Assembly (NCBI GenBank): GCA_003162695.1
Contig: PMML01000054.1
Location: forward strand, 1 to 32,361
Direction of reading: 5' to 3'
DNA: 32,361 nt
From: Ignavibacteriota bacterium
GTDB taxonomy: Bacteria; Bacteroidota; Ignavibacteria; UBA10030
Every line of letters begins with the position of its first letter. Positions within the stretch are counted from its first letter, which is position 1. A program made the position numbers and the translations under genes. Below, piece by piece: positions 1 through 8,089 of the stretch. The notes under the pieces are model-generated. The model made no database searches and had not been told where the DNA came from. It was given only the letters and a program-made list of their open reading frames with translations.

Positions 1-5
1 TTTCA

Positions 6-34
6 AATCATGAGATCATGTCTCATGTCTCTCG
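6..34. repeat. Short degenerate ~7-bp repeat (aatcatg-a/gatcatg/tctcatg/tctctcg) containing a CATGAGA..TCTCATG inverted pair
   Basis: TCATG occurs at 8, 16 and 23. Bases 9-15 are the reverse complement of 21-27. It may be the tail of an array extending left of the window. Confidence 0.4.
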
Positions 35-44
35 GGCAGTTTAA

Positions 45-54
45 TAAGGAGGTG
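45..54 (+). promoter_or_regulatory. Perfect Shine-Dalgarno sequence TAAGGAGGTG
   Basis: 10-nt match to the canonical anti-SD complement, followed by an ATC at 57 in frame with the HNH gene. Confidence 0.65.
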
Positions 55-56
55 CG

Positions 57-602
57 ATCTTCAGTAATTTCGAGAAAACCATAGAACTCAATGGCAGATT
101 AAGCCGCAAAGTGCTCGTGTTAAACCATAATTACGAACCTTTGAGTATCTGTAATGTCCGAAAAGCGGTAATTTTACTTTTTTTAGGCAAAGCTGAATTG
201 ATAGCAGCGTGTGATGGGAAAAGTCTCCATTCTGTTTCTGCAACGATGCCGTATCCGAGCATTGTCCGTCTTTGCGTCTACATACGCATTCCTTATAAAA
301 AGATCGTGCTTTCACGAAAGAATATATTACGGCGAGACGGACATCGATGTCAATATTGCGGGAAAACGGATATCTCACTGACCGTAGATCATGTCATTCC
401 CAAGGCTCATGGCGGCATTGAGTCATGGGAAAATCTCGTTGCAGCGTGTGTGCAGTGTAATAATAGAAAAGGAGATCGTGCACCGGGTGAAGCTCAAATG
501 ACGCTCCTCCGAAAACCGATCCGTCCAAACCATGTTATGTTTATCCGGCATTTTATCGGAACGGTAGACGATCATTGGAAGCCTTATCTTTTTATGAATT
601 GA
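57..602 (+). CDS. HNH endonuclease family protein (McrA-like, VLVLNxxYEP subfamily); start uncertain (ATC 57 vs GTG 111)
   Basis: VLVLNHNYEPL N-terminal motif, RRDGHRCQYCG, TVDHVIPKAHGG, WENLVAACVQCNNRKGD (two CxxC plus the HNH core). The frame is open from 48 to 602. Confidence 0.9.
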   Translation: MFSNFEKTIELNGRLSRKVLVLNHNYEPLSICNVRKAVILLFLGKAELIAACDGKSLHSVSATMPYPSIVRLCVYIRIPYKKIVLSRKNILRRDGHRCQYCGKTDISLTVDHVIPKAHGGIESWENLVAACVQCNNRKGDRAPGEAQMTLLRKPIRPNHVMFIRHFIGTVDDHWKPYLFMN

Positions 603-1017
603 CTTTACTGTGATTTTTTTCTCTTCAGGCGACCGGGGAAAATACTTTGAAATTTGTTTTCGTGACGCGACAAAAGACATCCTTTAAATCTCATCCATAC
701 TGCTTTCTATGATGCAGGAGAGCAATGAGTGCGGGTGCAGACGGATGTGAACGCTCCATTATGCAGCCGGTTACAGCTATTGCATTATACTATGTGAGGG
801 AAAATTCAATCGGGTCTTCTTCTTTAGGTGCAAGATACGGTTCACATTTTTTGAAGTACTCTGATTGCAGGAATGAACTGCCGATCGATGGGCAAGAGCA
901 TAATCGAACGAAGGCGAAAAAGTCGCTGTGAACCGGTCCCTGATGAACGTATCGGCGAATTGGCCGGGTTATTCTACATCGAAATCTGACGTATTTTAAA
1001 TAGGAGCAGGAAGGTTT

Positions 1018-2010
1018 TTGGAAAGAAAAAAGAAAGTAATACTGAGTGGGATGCGGCCGACAGGCAAATTGCATCTTGGTCATTTGACCGGCGCTCTGGA
1101 AAGCTGGGTCGCGTTACAGGGGGAATTTCAGAACTATCATCTGATAGCCGATTATCATGCATTAACGACAAATCCGGATTCGTCATTCCTGTACCAAAAT
1201 TCAATCGATATGCTGATCGACTGGCTTGCAGCTGGCATCGACCCGAAGATCAGTCCGATGTTCCGTCAATCGCAAATCAAGGAACATTCAGAATTACATT
1301 TGATCTTTTCAATGCTGATAACGACGGCACGTTTGGAACGTAATCCGACCCTGAAGGAACAGGTTCGTGACCTGGCGATGGAAAGTCTAGTCTACGGGCA
1401 TCTCGGATATCCGGTGCTTCAAGCAGCGGATATTCTTCTTTATAAAGGAGAGGTCGTTCCGGTCGGCGAAGATCAATTGCCGCATATCGAAATTACAAGG
1501 GAAATTTCACGGCGCTTTAACGCGCAGTATCCGGTACGTGTTCCTATTTTCCCGGAACCGGAAGGGCGGATTACAAAATTTGCACGGCTGACGGGTCTGG
1601 ACGGCAAGAGAATGAGCAAGTCGATTGGCAATACGATTCTCCTCTCCGATGCTCCCGATGCCATCATGAAGAAAATGAAAACAGCGGTTACTGATCCGCA
1701 GAAAATTCGAAAAGGCGATCCGGGTCATCCGGATATTTGTCTTGTCTTTTCCTATCATACGAAATTCAATCCGGCAGAAGTCGAGGCGATTCGCGCCGAT
1801 TGTCAAGCCGGAAAACTGGGATGTGTTGATTGTAAAACAAGATGTGCACAGCGGATCATTGAAGCACTCGAACCGCATCGCGAGAAACGCGCATATTTTG
1901 AATCGCACATGGACGAAGTCCATTCGATTCTGGACAATGGTGAACAACGGGCAAAGCAAAAGGCTGCAGAAACAATGAATGAGGTTCATGCGGCGATGAA
2001 TATGGGATAA
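1018..2010 (+). CDS. trpS: Tryptophan--tRNA ligase
   Basis: SGMRPTGKLHLGH (HIGH), YPVLQAADIL, VPVGEDQ, RMSKS (KMSKS). TTG start behind AGGAAGG. Confidence 0.97.
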   Translation: MERKKKVILSGMRPTGKLHLGHLTGALESWVALQGEFQNYHLIADYHALTTNPDSSFLYQNSIDMLIDWLAAGIDPKISPMFRQSQIKEHSELHLIFSMLITTARLERNPTLKEQVRDLAMESLVYGHLGYPVLQAADILLYKGEVVPVGEDQLPHIEITREISRRFNAQYPVRVPIFPEPEGRITKFARLTGLDGKRMSKSIGNTILLSDAPDAIMKKMKTAVTDPQKIRKGDPGHPDICLVFSYHTKFNPAEVEAIRADCQAGKLGCVDCKTRCAQRIIEALEPHREKRAYFESHMDEVHSILDNGEQRAKQKAAETMNEVHAAMNMG

Positions 2011-2041
2011 TGGAGAACGCTCAAGGCTCTGCGGTGCTTTC

Positions 2042-2143
2042 GTTCAACGTTGGTTTGTTCTTGAGTTATTCAGTTGTTTAGTTATTCGGTTCTTTAGTTC
2101 TTTGGTTTTAACGTTCACAGTTTTCAGTTCACTGTTTATTGAT
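2042..2143. repeat. Degenerate tandem array of 8-bp (TTyrGTTn) and 7-bp units
   Basis: GTT recurs at 2042, 2049, 2057, 2065, 2073, 2081, 2089, 2097, 2105, 2113, 2120, 2127 and 2134 (spacings 7, 8 x8, 7, 7, 7). Confidence 0.85.
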
Positions 2144-2147
2144 TATC

Positions 2148-2864
2148 ATGTTTAATATTAAACTTCAAGATTTCGAGGGACCGTTGGATCTCCTCCTGTT
2201 TTTTATAAAACGGGATGAATTGGATATCTATGATATTCCGATTGCGCGTATTGCAAAGGAATTTTCGGATTACATGCATTATCTGCAGGAACTCGATCTT
2301 GAAATCGCCGGAGAATTTCTGGTTGTAGCGGCGGAATTGATGCAGATCAAAGTAAAAATGCTCCTGCCGCCTGAGCCTGGAGAAGAAGAAGATACCGATC
2401 CGCGCACCAATCTGGTGCAGCGGCTTGTCGAATATAAGCGGTACAAAGAAATGGCGTTTGAGATGAAGAAGCTTGAAGAAGAACAATTCAAGGTCTCGTA
2501 TCGCGGATATTATGAAATGGATGCGCGCGTGTACGAAGCAGAAACGGGCGAAGATATGATTCGCGATGTAACTTTTTTCGATCTCATTGCATCGTTTAAA
2601 TTCGCAATGGATCGAATACCGAAGCGTATGTTTCATGAAATCGTGAAAATTAACGTCACGGTGGAAGAACAAATCGCCTTTCTTGAGGAATTATTCTCTC
2701 ATCGCTCGGAAGCTACATTTTTTGAAATTGTAAAAGATTTTACGGAACGGATCCGAATTGTCGTCACGTTCCTTGCGCTTCTGGAAGTGATCCGATCGAA
2801 AAAAATTATTGTCCGGCAGCTTTCCCCGTACGGTGAATTGTCGATTATGCGCAATATTCAGTAA
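2148..2864 (+). CDS. scpA: Segregation and condensation protein A (kleisin)
   Basis: FEGPLDLLLFFI, AGEFLVVAAELMQIK and VVTFLALLE motifs; sits upstream of scpB. ATG 2148 chosen as start (MFNIKL). Confidence 0.95.
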   Translation: MFNIKLQDFEGPLDLLLFFIKRDELDIYDIPIARIAKEFSDYMHYLQELDLEIAGEFLVVAAELMQIKVKMLLPPEPGEEEDTDPRTNLVQRLVEYKRYKEMAFEMKKLEEEQFKVSYRGYYEMDARVYEAETGEDMIRDVTFFDLIASFKFAMDRIPKRMFHEIVKINVTVEEQIAFLEELFSHRSEATFFEIVKDFTERIRIVVTFLALLEVIRSKKIIVRQLSPYGELSIMRNIQ

Positions 2865-2882
2865 GCTCTGAACAGAGAAACG

Positions 2883-4118
2883 ATGACCGAAACGACTGCA
2901 GTAAAACAGCAATTAAAAATTCCGAGTACGCTTAAAGTGCTTGTGGAAGCGCTCATTTTTGCAGCCCAGGAACCGCTGTCTCTCGCGCAGTTAAAAGCTA
3001 TTTATATCGGTGAAGGTAAAAACGACGAAGCACGTCAAATTGAAACGGAAACGATACGCCAGGTTGTAGCGGATCTCAATAAAGAGTTCGAAAAAGCTTC
3101 CAAATCGTATCGCATTGTTTCTGTTGCGGGAGGATACCAGTTCGCAACGCTCTCAGAATATGCGGAGTGGCTGGGCCGGCTTTATCGCGAACAAGGCAGA
3201 CGCAAGCTGTCTCAATCCGGCTTGGAAACGCTGGCTATCATTGCATATAAACAGCCGATTACAAAATCGGAAGTTGAAAAAATCAGAGGGGTTAACTGCG
3301 ATTATGTGCTGCGGACTCTTCTTGAGAAGGAATTAATCGGTGTAACGGGAAGGGCGGAAAGCGTCGGAAGGCCTTTGCTTTACGGAACAACAAAAGAATT
3401 CTTAAAACATTTCGGACTGAACGACATTACGGATTTACCGCGTCCGCGCGAAATAGAAGAAATACTGGGTGAGAGCCAGTTCGAGACGGAACGGAGGATG
3501 CTCGAAGCTCAGGCAGGAGCGGAGGAGATGCAAAAAGAACAGGAAGAATTCAAGTCCCGCCTTCCCCATATTCCGAAAAAGAAAATAGATCTGGAAGAGA
3601 AGGAAGCTTCTATTCTTCCGCGAAGGACGGCGCGCGAAATATCAATCGTTCCTAATGAAACGACGGCGCAGGAAGCGATAGAGTTCAAACCGGATACAGA
3701 AGGAGAAGAAAAAATCGTTTCTCAAAATGCGAAACAGGAATCTGCCGATGCAATTCCTCTCGTAAATTCCGGAGACCCCCTTTTTCCGTCTGAAGTTAAA
3801 AATGAATTAACGGAGACGGAATTGATTCCGGAGGGAATGCAAGCGGTTTCTGCAGAGACAGAAATCGTTCTTTCCGGCCGAGAAAATTTTGAGGAAAAAA
3901 TAAATGTCCCGGATCCGGAGATTATAGCTGAACAGGAATATCCGGATACAATACGTTCTGAAACCTCTGATCAAAAAATTGAAGCCGAGCAAAAAAGACG
4001 GCAAATCACCGGTGATGAAACGTTGATCACAAGAATGGACGAGCACGGGAAAAAGGCTCCGCGGTGGAAATTATGGAAAGAGAAAATACAAGGATTCATC
4101 AAGAAACTGTTCGATTAA
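2883..4118 (+). CDS. scpB: Segregation and condensation protein B with a long acidic C-terminal extension
   Basis: VEALIFAAQEPL, VAGGYQFAT, LETLAIIAYKQPIT, IRGVNC, GRPLLYGTTKEFLKHFGL. The core ends near aa 195 of 411. Confidence 0.95.
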   Translation: MTETTAVKQQLKIPSTLKVLVEALIFAAQEPLSLAQLKAIYIGEGKNDEARQIETETIRQVVADLNKEFEKASKSYRIVSVAGGYQFATLSEYAEWLGRLYREQGRRKLSQSGLETLAIIAYKQPITKSEVEKIRGVNCDYVLRTLLEKELIGVTGRAESVGRPLLYGTTKEFLKHFGLNDITDLPRPREIEEILGESQFETERRMLEAQAGAEEMQKEQEEFKSRLPHIPKKKIDLEEKEASILPRRTAREISIVPNETTAQEAIEFKPDTEGEEKIVSQNAKQESADAIPLVNSGDPLFPSEVKNELTETELIPEGMQAVSAETEIVLSGRENFEEKINVPDPEIIAEQEYPDTIRSETSDQKIEAEQKRRQITGDETLITRMDEHGKKAPRWKLWKEKIQGFIKKLFD

Positions 4119-4822
4119 ACCGTTTTCTTGCGATGGCGGGAATCGGTTCAAGAAGGAAAAACGATGAACTTATTCGCTCCGGCGCTGTAAAAATCAACGG
4201 ACGTGTTGTGACTGAATTGGGTACGAAGGTCGTTCTCTCGAAGGATCGAGTATCTATGAACGGTACGATCGTGTCCATAGAGGAAAAGAATGTCTATATC
4301 CTTTTGAATAAACCCAAAGACGTCATCACAACCATGAACGATGAGAGGGGACGTGAAACAGTGATGAATTATGTCCGGACGAAGTATAGAGTTTTTCCGG
4401 TCGGCCGGCTTGACCGCAATACGACGGGGGTACTGCTCTTCACCAATGACGGCGAATTTGCAAATGCCCTGATCCATCCGAAATTTGAAATTGAGCGTGT
4501 GTATCGTGTAACGGTCGATAAAACGATGCAGGATGATGATTTGAAAAAACTCAAAAAAGGCATCCATCTTGAAGACGGGCTGGCAAAGGCGCAAACCGTA
4601 GAAATTGTCGAAGGGTCTAAAAGAAAAAAAATCTTGATCGTCATACGGGAAGGGCGCAATCGCGAAGTACGCCGTATGTTCGAAGTGCTTGATTATGATG
4701 TAAGGCAGCTGGATCGTGTTGCGTTTGCCGGATTGACAACTCTCGGCGTTCCCCGCGGAAAATGCCGGATGTTGTCGTATCCGGAGGTCAAGGATTTGAA
4801 AAAATATTTAGGGTTGGCTTAA
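4073..4822 (+). CDS. rluB: RsuA/RluB-family rRNA pseudouridine synthase with N-terminal S4 domain
   Basis: RLNRFLAMAGIGSRR (S4), LLNKP, PVGRLD (catalytic Asp), EGRNREVRRM; typical scpAB-rluB synteny. Overlaps the end of scpB by 46 nt. Confidence 0.9.
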   Translation: MERENTRIHQETVRLNRFLAMAGIGSRRKNDELIRSGAVKINGRVVTELGTKVVLSKDRVSMNGTIVSIEEKNVYILLNKPKDVITTMNDERGRETVMNYVRTKYRVFPVGRLDRNTTGVLLFTNDGEFANALIHPKFEIERVYRVTVDKTMQDDDLKKLKKGIHLEDGLAKAQTVEIVEGSKRKKILIVIREGRNREVRRMFEVLDYDVRQLDRVAFAGLTTLGVPRGKCRMLSYPEVKDLKKYLGLA

Positions 4823-4825
4823 TTT

Positions 4826-6340
4826 ATGCGATTTATGCGGAGTGCAGGAATATTACTTCACCCGACGTCTCTGCCTGGCCCTTACGGATCGGGCGATCTC
4901 GGCGTTCCAGCGTACCATTTTATAGATTGGCTCCATGCGGCCGGACAGGCTTTGTGGCAGATGCTGCCGATCGGACCTGCTGGAATGGCAAATTCTCCCT
5001 ATATGGTTTCGTCGGCGTTTGCCGGAAGTCCGCTGCTGATCGATTTGCAGGAACTTAGAGAACTTGGATGGCTTGATAATTTTGAAGCGGATGGTTTCTG
5101 CAACATTTCAGATCATCGAATCGATTATGCCGCAGTAACCCGCTTCCGCATGGAAAAACTCCAGGCAGCTGCAAATAAATTTTTTAGAGTAATCCGGAAC
5201 GGACAGCGGGATCAATACGAATCGTTCTGCAGCAGTGAGAAATATTGGCTTGATGATTATGCTCTGTTTCAATCGTTGAACTGGCATTATGACGGACAGG
5301 AATGGACCGGATGGGAAACAAAATTGGCCCGGCGAGACCCTGCAACTCTTCGGGCAGCTGAAAAAGAATTTGGATTGGATATTCAATTTCATAAATTCAT
5401 TCAGTGGTGTTTTGTCCGTCAGTGGAACAAGCTGAAAGGATACGCGCATGAACGGGGAGTTCAATTGATAGGGGATATTCCATTTTTTATCGCCGGGCAC
5501 AGCGCGGATGTTTGGGCTCATCCGGAAGATTATTCCCTGGACGAAAACGGGATCCCGACTCATGTAGCCGGAGTACCTCCTGATTACTTCAGTGCCGCGG
5601 GCCAGCGTTGGGGAAATCCGCTCTATCGCTGGGAAGTGATGAAAGAAAAGAAATATCAATGGTGGGTCGAACGATTCCAGAAAACATTTGAGTTGTTCGA
5701 TATAGTCCGGATCGATCATTTCCGGGGTTTCGAATCATATTGGGAAGTTCCCGCAAAAGAAAAAACGGCGATTCATGGTGAATGGCGAAAGGGACCGGGA
5801 GAAGATTTTTTCAAAATAGTCCGCAAAAAAATCGGAAAACTTCCCATCATTGCGGAAGATCTGGGTATCATAACTGATAAAGTGCGGGCTTTGAGGGATG
5901 CTTTGGACTTTCCCGGAATGAGAGTCTTGCATTTTGCTTTTGCTTCAGGTCCGGATCATGAATATTTACCGCACCGGTACAATGCAAACTGTGTCGTCTA
6001 TACCGGCACACATGATAATGATACGACATGCGGATGGTATGCAAAAGCAAGCGAACACGAAAAAGATTTCGTGCGGAGGTATTGTCAAACGAACGGAAGC
6101 GCGATACATTGGGATCTTATCCGGCTGGCGCTTCAATCCCATGCGGATATAGCAATCGTGCCGTTTCAGGATGTGCTCGGATTGGATTCAGAATCCCGCA
6201 TGAATATTCCCGGGACGATTGATGGAAACTGGGAGTGGCGGTTTACCTGGGATCAGGTGGGTTCGTACCCGGCAGAGAGGATGTATGAATTATCTGCGCT
6301 TTACGGGCGCACGGACCCGAATAAACTGCATTTGTTGTAA
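4826..6340 (+). CDS. malQ: 4-alpha-glucanotransferase (amylomaltase, GH77)
   Basis: GILLHPTSLPG, GVPPDYFSAAGQRWGNPLY, RIDHFRGF, IAEDLG, YTGTHDNDT. Confidence 0.97.
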   Translation: MRFMRSAGILLHPTSLPGPYGSGDLGVPAYHFIDWLHAAGQALWQMLPIGPAGMANSPYMVSSAFAGSPLLIDLQELRELGWLDNFEADGFCNISDHRIDYAAVTRFRMEKLQAAANKFFRVIRNGQRDQYESFCSSEKYWLDDYALFQSLNWHYDGQEWTGWETKLARRDPATLRAAEKEFGLDIQFHKFIQWCFVRQWNKLKGYAHERGVQLIGDIPFFIAGHSADVWAHPEDYSLDENGIPTHVAGVPPDYFSAAGQRWGNPLYRWEVMKEKKYQWWVERFQKTFELFDIVRIDHFRGFESYWEVPAKEKTAIHGEWRKGPGEDFFKIVRKKIGKLPIIAEDLGIITDKVRALRDALDFPGMRVLHFAFASGPDHEYLPHRYNANCVVYTGTHDNDTTCGWYAKASEHEKDFVRRYCQTNGSAIHWDLIRLALQSHADIAIVPFQDVLGLDSESRMNIPGTIDGNWEWRFTWDQVGSYPAERMYELSALYGRTDPNKLHLL

Positions 6341-6367
6341 ATATATTTAACTTGAGAGAAAGCTTGT

Positions 6368-7906
6368 ATGGCGGAAGAAAAAAAACAATCCGAGCATTTG
6401 CCGGAACAAGAAGATCTGAATGTTTTGATGTCCCGAAGGCGTGAAGAATTAGAGCAGCTGAAGAAAATGGGCGTTAATCCGTATCCGTATTCCTTTGAGC
6501 GCAATGCATTTTCAAAAGAAATAATCGAAAGCTTTACCGACGGAGTGGAACAGCGGACCGTTTCGATTGCCGGGAGGATTATGTCGATCCGGCGGATGGG
6601 TAAGGCCTCGTTCTGCCATATTCAGGATGCTCACGGCAGGATTCAAGTCTATTTACGGAAAGACGATATCGGATCTGCCTACGATGCTTTTAAGTTGATG
6701 GATATCGGGGATATTGTCGGTATTACCGGATTTATATTCAGGACGAAAATGGGTGAAATCTCTCTTCATGCACAGAAGCTCGAACTTTTATCAAAATCAT
6801 TGCGGCCGCTGCCTGTTGTCAAGGAGAAGATCAACGAGAAAGGCGAAAAAATCATTTATGATCCGCTTTCCGATAAAGAGATACGTTACAGGCAGCGCTA
6901 TATAGATTTAATCGTCAACCCTGAAGTCCGCACTGTGTTTGTGAAACGGGCGAAAATTATCAGCGCTATACGGAGATATTTTGACGACCGTGGTTTTCTG
7001 GAAGTCGAAACACCCGTTCTTCAGCCGATCTACGGCGGCGCTTCCGCACGTCCGTTTAAGACGCATCACAATGCATTGGATTTCGATTTCTTCCTTCGCA
7101 TTGCGGACGAACTCTACCTCAAGCGATTGATTGTCGGCGGTTATGACGGGGTCTATGAAATTTCTAAAGATTTTCGAAACGAGGGAATGGATCGCACCCA
7201 TAGTCCTGAGTTTACCATGTTGGAAATTTACGTCGCGTATAAGGATTATACTTGGATGATGTCGATGGTCGAAGACCTTGTTTCCATGGCCGCAATCGCT
7301 GCAAACGGATCTTCGCAGGCGGTTGTGGGAGATAAGGTGATTGATTTTACTCCTCCATGGAAACGTGTCACGATGTTCGATGCTATCAAAGAATACACGG
7401 GTAAAGATTTGATCGGGAAGTCGGAGACAGAACTGCGGTCGGCTGCAAAAGAATTACATATCGACATAGGACCGAATGCAGGCATCGGAGCTATTATTGA
7501 CGAAATTTTCAGCGCAAAGGTCGAACCGTTTCTCGTTCAGCCGACGTTCATTATCGATTATCCTTTGGAGATGTCTCCTCTTGCCAAGAAGCATCGGACA
7601 AAACAGGGATTGGTCGAACGTTTTGAGGCGATCGTCAACGGCAAGGAGTTGTGCAATGCATTTTCAGAATTAAACGATCCTCTCGACCAGCGTGCGAGAT
7701 TTGAAGAACAAATGAAACTTCGTGAACGCGGTGATGATGAGGCACAGGTTTTAGACGAGGATTATCTCAGAGCGCTGGAATATGGCATGCCGCCTACCGC
7801 CGGGCTCGGCATTGGAATCGACCGGCTGACTATTCTTCTTGCAAATCAGGAATCAATACGCGATGTTGTTCTGTTTCCCCAAATGAAGCCGGAAACGAGA
7901 GAGTGA
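6368..7906 (+). CDS. lysS: Lysine--tRNA ligase (class II)
   Basis: OB-fold [52 protein letters not shown]. Confidence 0.98.
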   Translation: MAEEKKQSEHLPEQEDLNVLMSRRREELEQLKKMGVNPYPYSFERNAFSKEIIESFTDGVEQRTVSIAGRIMSIRRMGKASFCHIQDAHGRIQVYLRKDDIGSAYDAFKLMDIGDIVGITGFIFRTKMGEISLHAQKLELLSKSLRPLPVVKEKINEKGEKIIYDPLSDKEIRYRQRYIDLIVNPEVRTVFVKRAKIISAIRRYFDDRGFLEVETPVLQPIYGGASARPFKTHHNALDFDFFLRIADELYLKRLIVGGYDGVYEISKDFRNEGMDRTHSPEFTMLEIYVAYKDYTWMMSMVEDLVSMAAIAANGSSQAVVGDKVIDFTPPWKRVTMFDAIKEYTGKDLIGKSETELRSAAKELHIDIGPNAGIGAIIDEIFSAKVEPFLVQPTFIIDYPLEMSPLAKKHRTKQGLVERFEAIVNGKELCNAFSELNDPLDQRARFEEQMKLRERGDDEAQVLDEDYLRALEYGMPPTAGLGIGIDRLTILLANQESIRDVVLFPQMKPETRE

Positions 7907-7957
7907 ATCTTTTTGCTGAAATTCGCGTTACAAAGGGATAAGAATGACCTGAAGTAT

Positions 7958-7985
7958 TTGATTTTGTCGTGAATTAACGTATTAT
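7958..7985 (+). promoter_or_regulatory. Possible sigma70-type promoter (TTGATT-16-TATTAT)
   Basis: Partial consensus match in the lysS-protease intergenic gap. Confidence 0.35.
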
Positions 7986-8089
7986 TGCAAAAATGAGTGA
8001 AAGGGAAATAAAGAATGGATCAGAAGAAAAGGCAGTATGGTCTGCGATTGTCTGATCTGCATTGGATAGAATCTGCAAGGAATTTAATT

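Noticed and set aside
111-602. HNH gene as a homing endonuclease or Cas9/IscB fragment
   Set aside because: No intron, RuvC motifs, CRISPR repeats or terminal repeats; it matches the common stand-alone VLVLN-type HNH family.
725-931. 68-aa ORF as a confident gene
   Set aside because: No recognisable motif and short RBS spacing; kept only as part of a low-interest finding.
940-985. CTGATGA...CGAA resembling a hammerhead ribozyme core
   Set aside because: No stem II pairing closes between CUGAUGA and a GAAA, and stems I and III cannot be built.
603-1017. T-box riboswitch or Trp attenuator upstream of trpS
   Set aside because: No T-box consensus (GGTGGNACCGCG), no terminator before the gene and no Trp-codon leader peptide.
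2042-2143. CRISPR array
   Set aside because: Units are 7-8 bp with no spacers.
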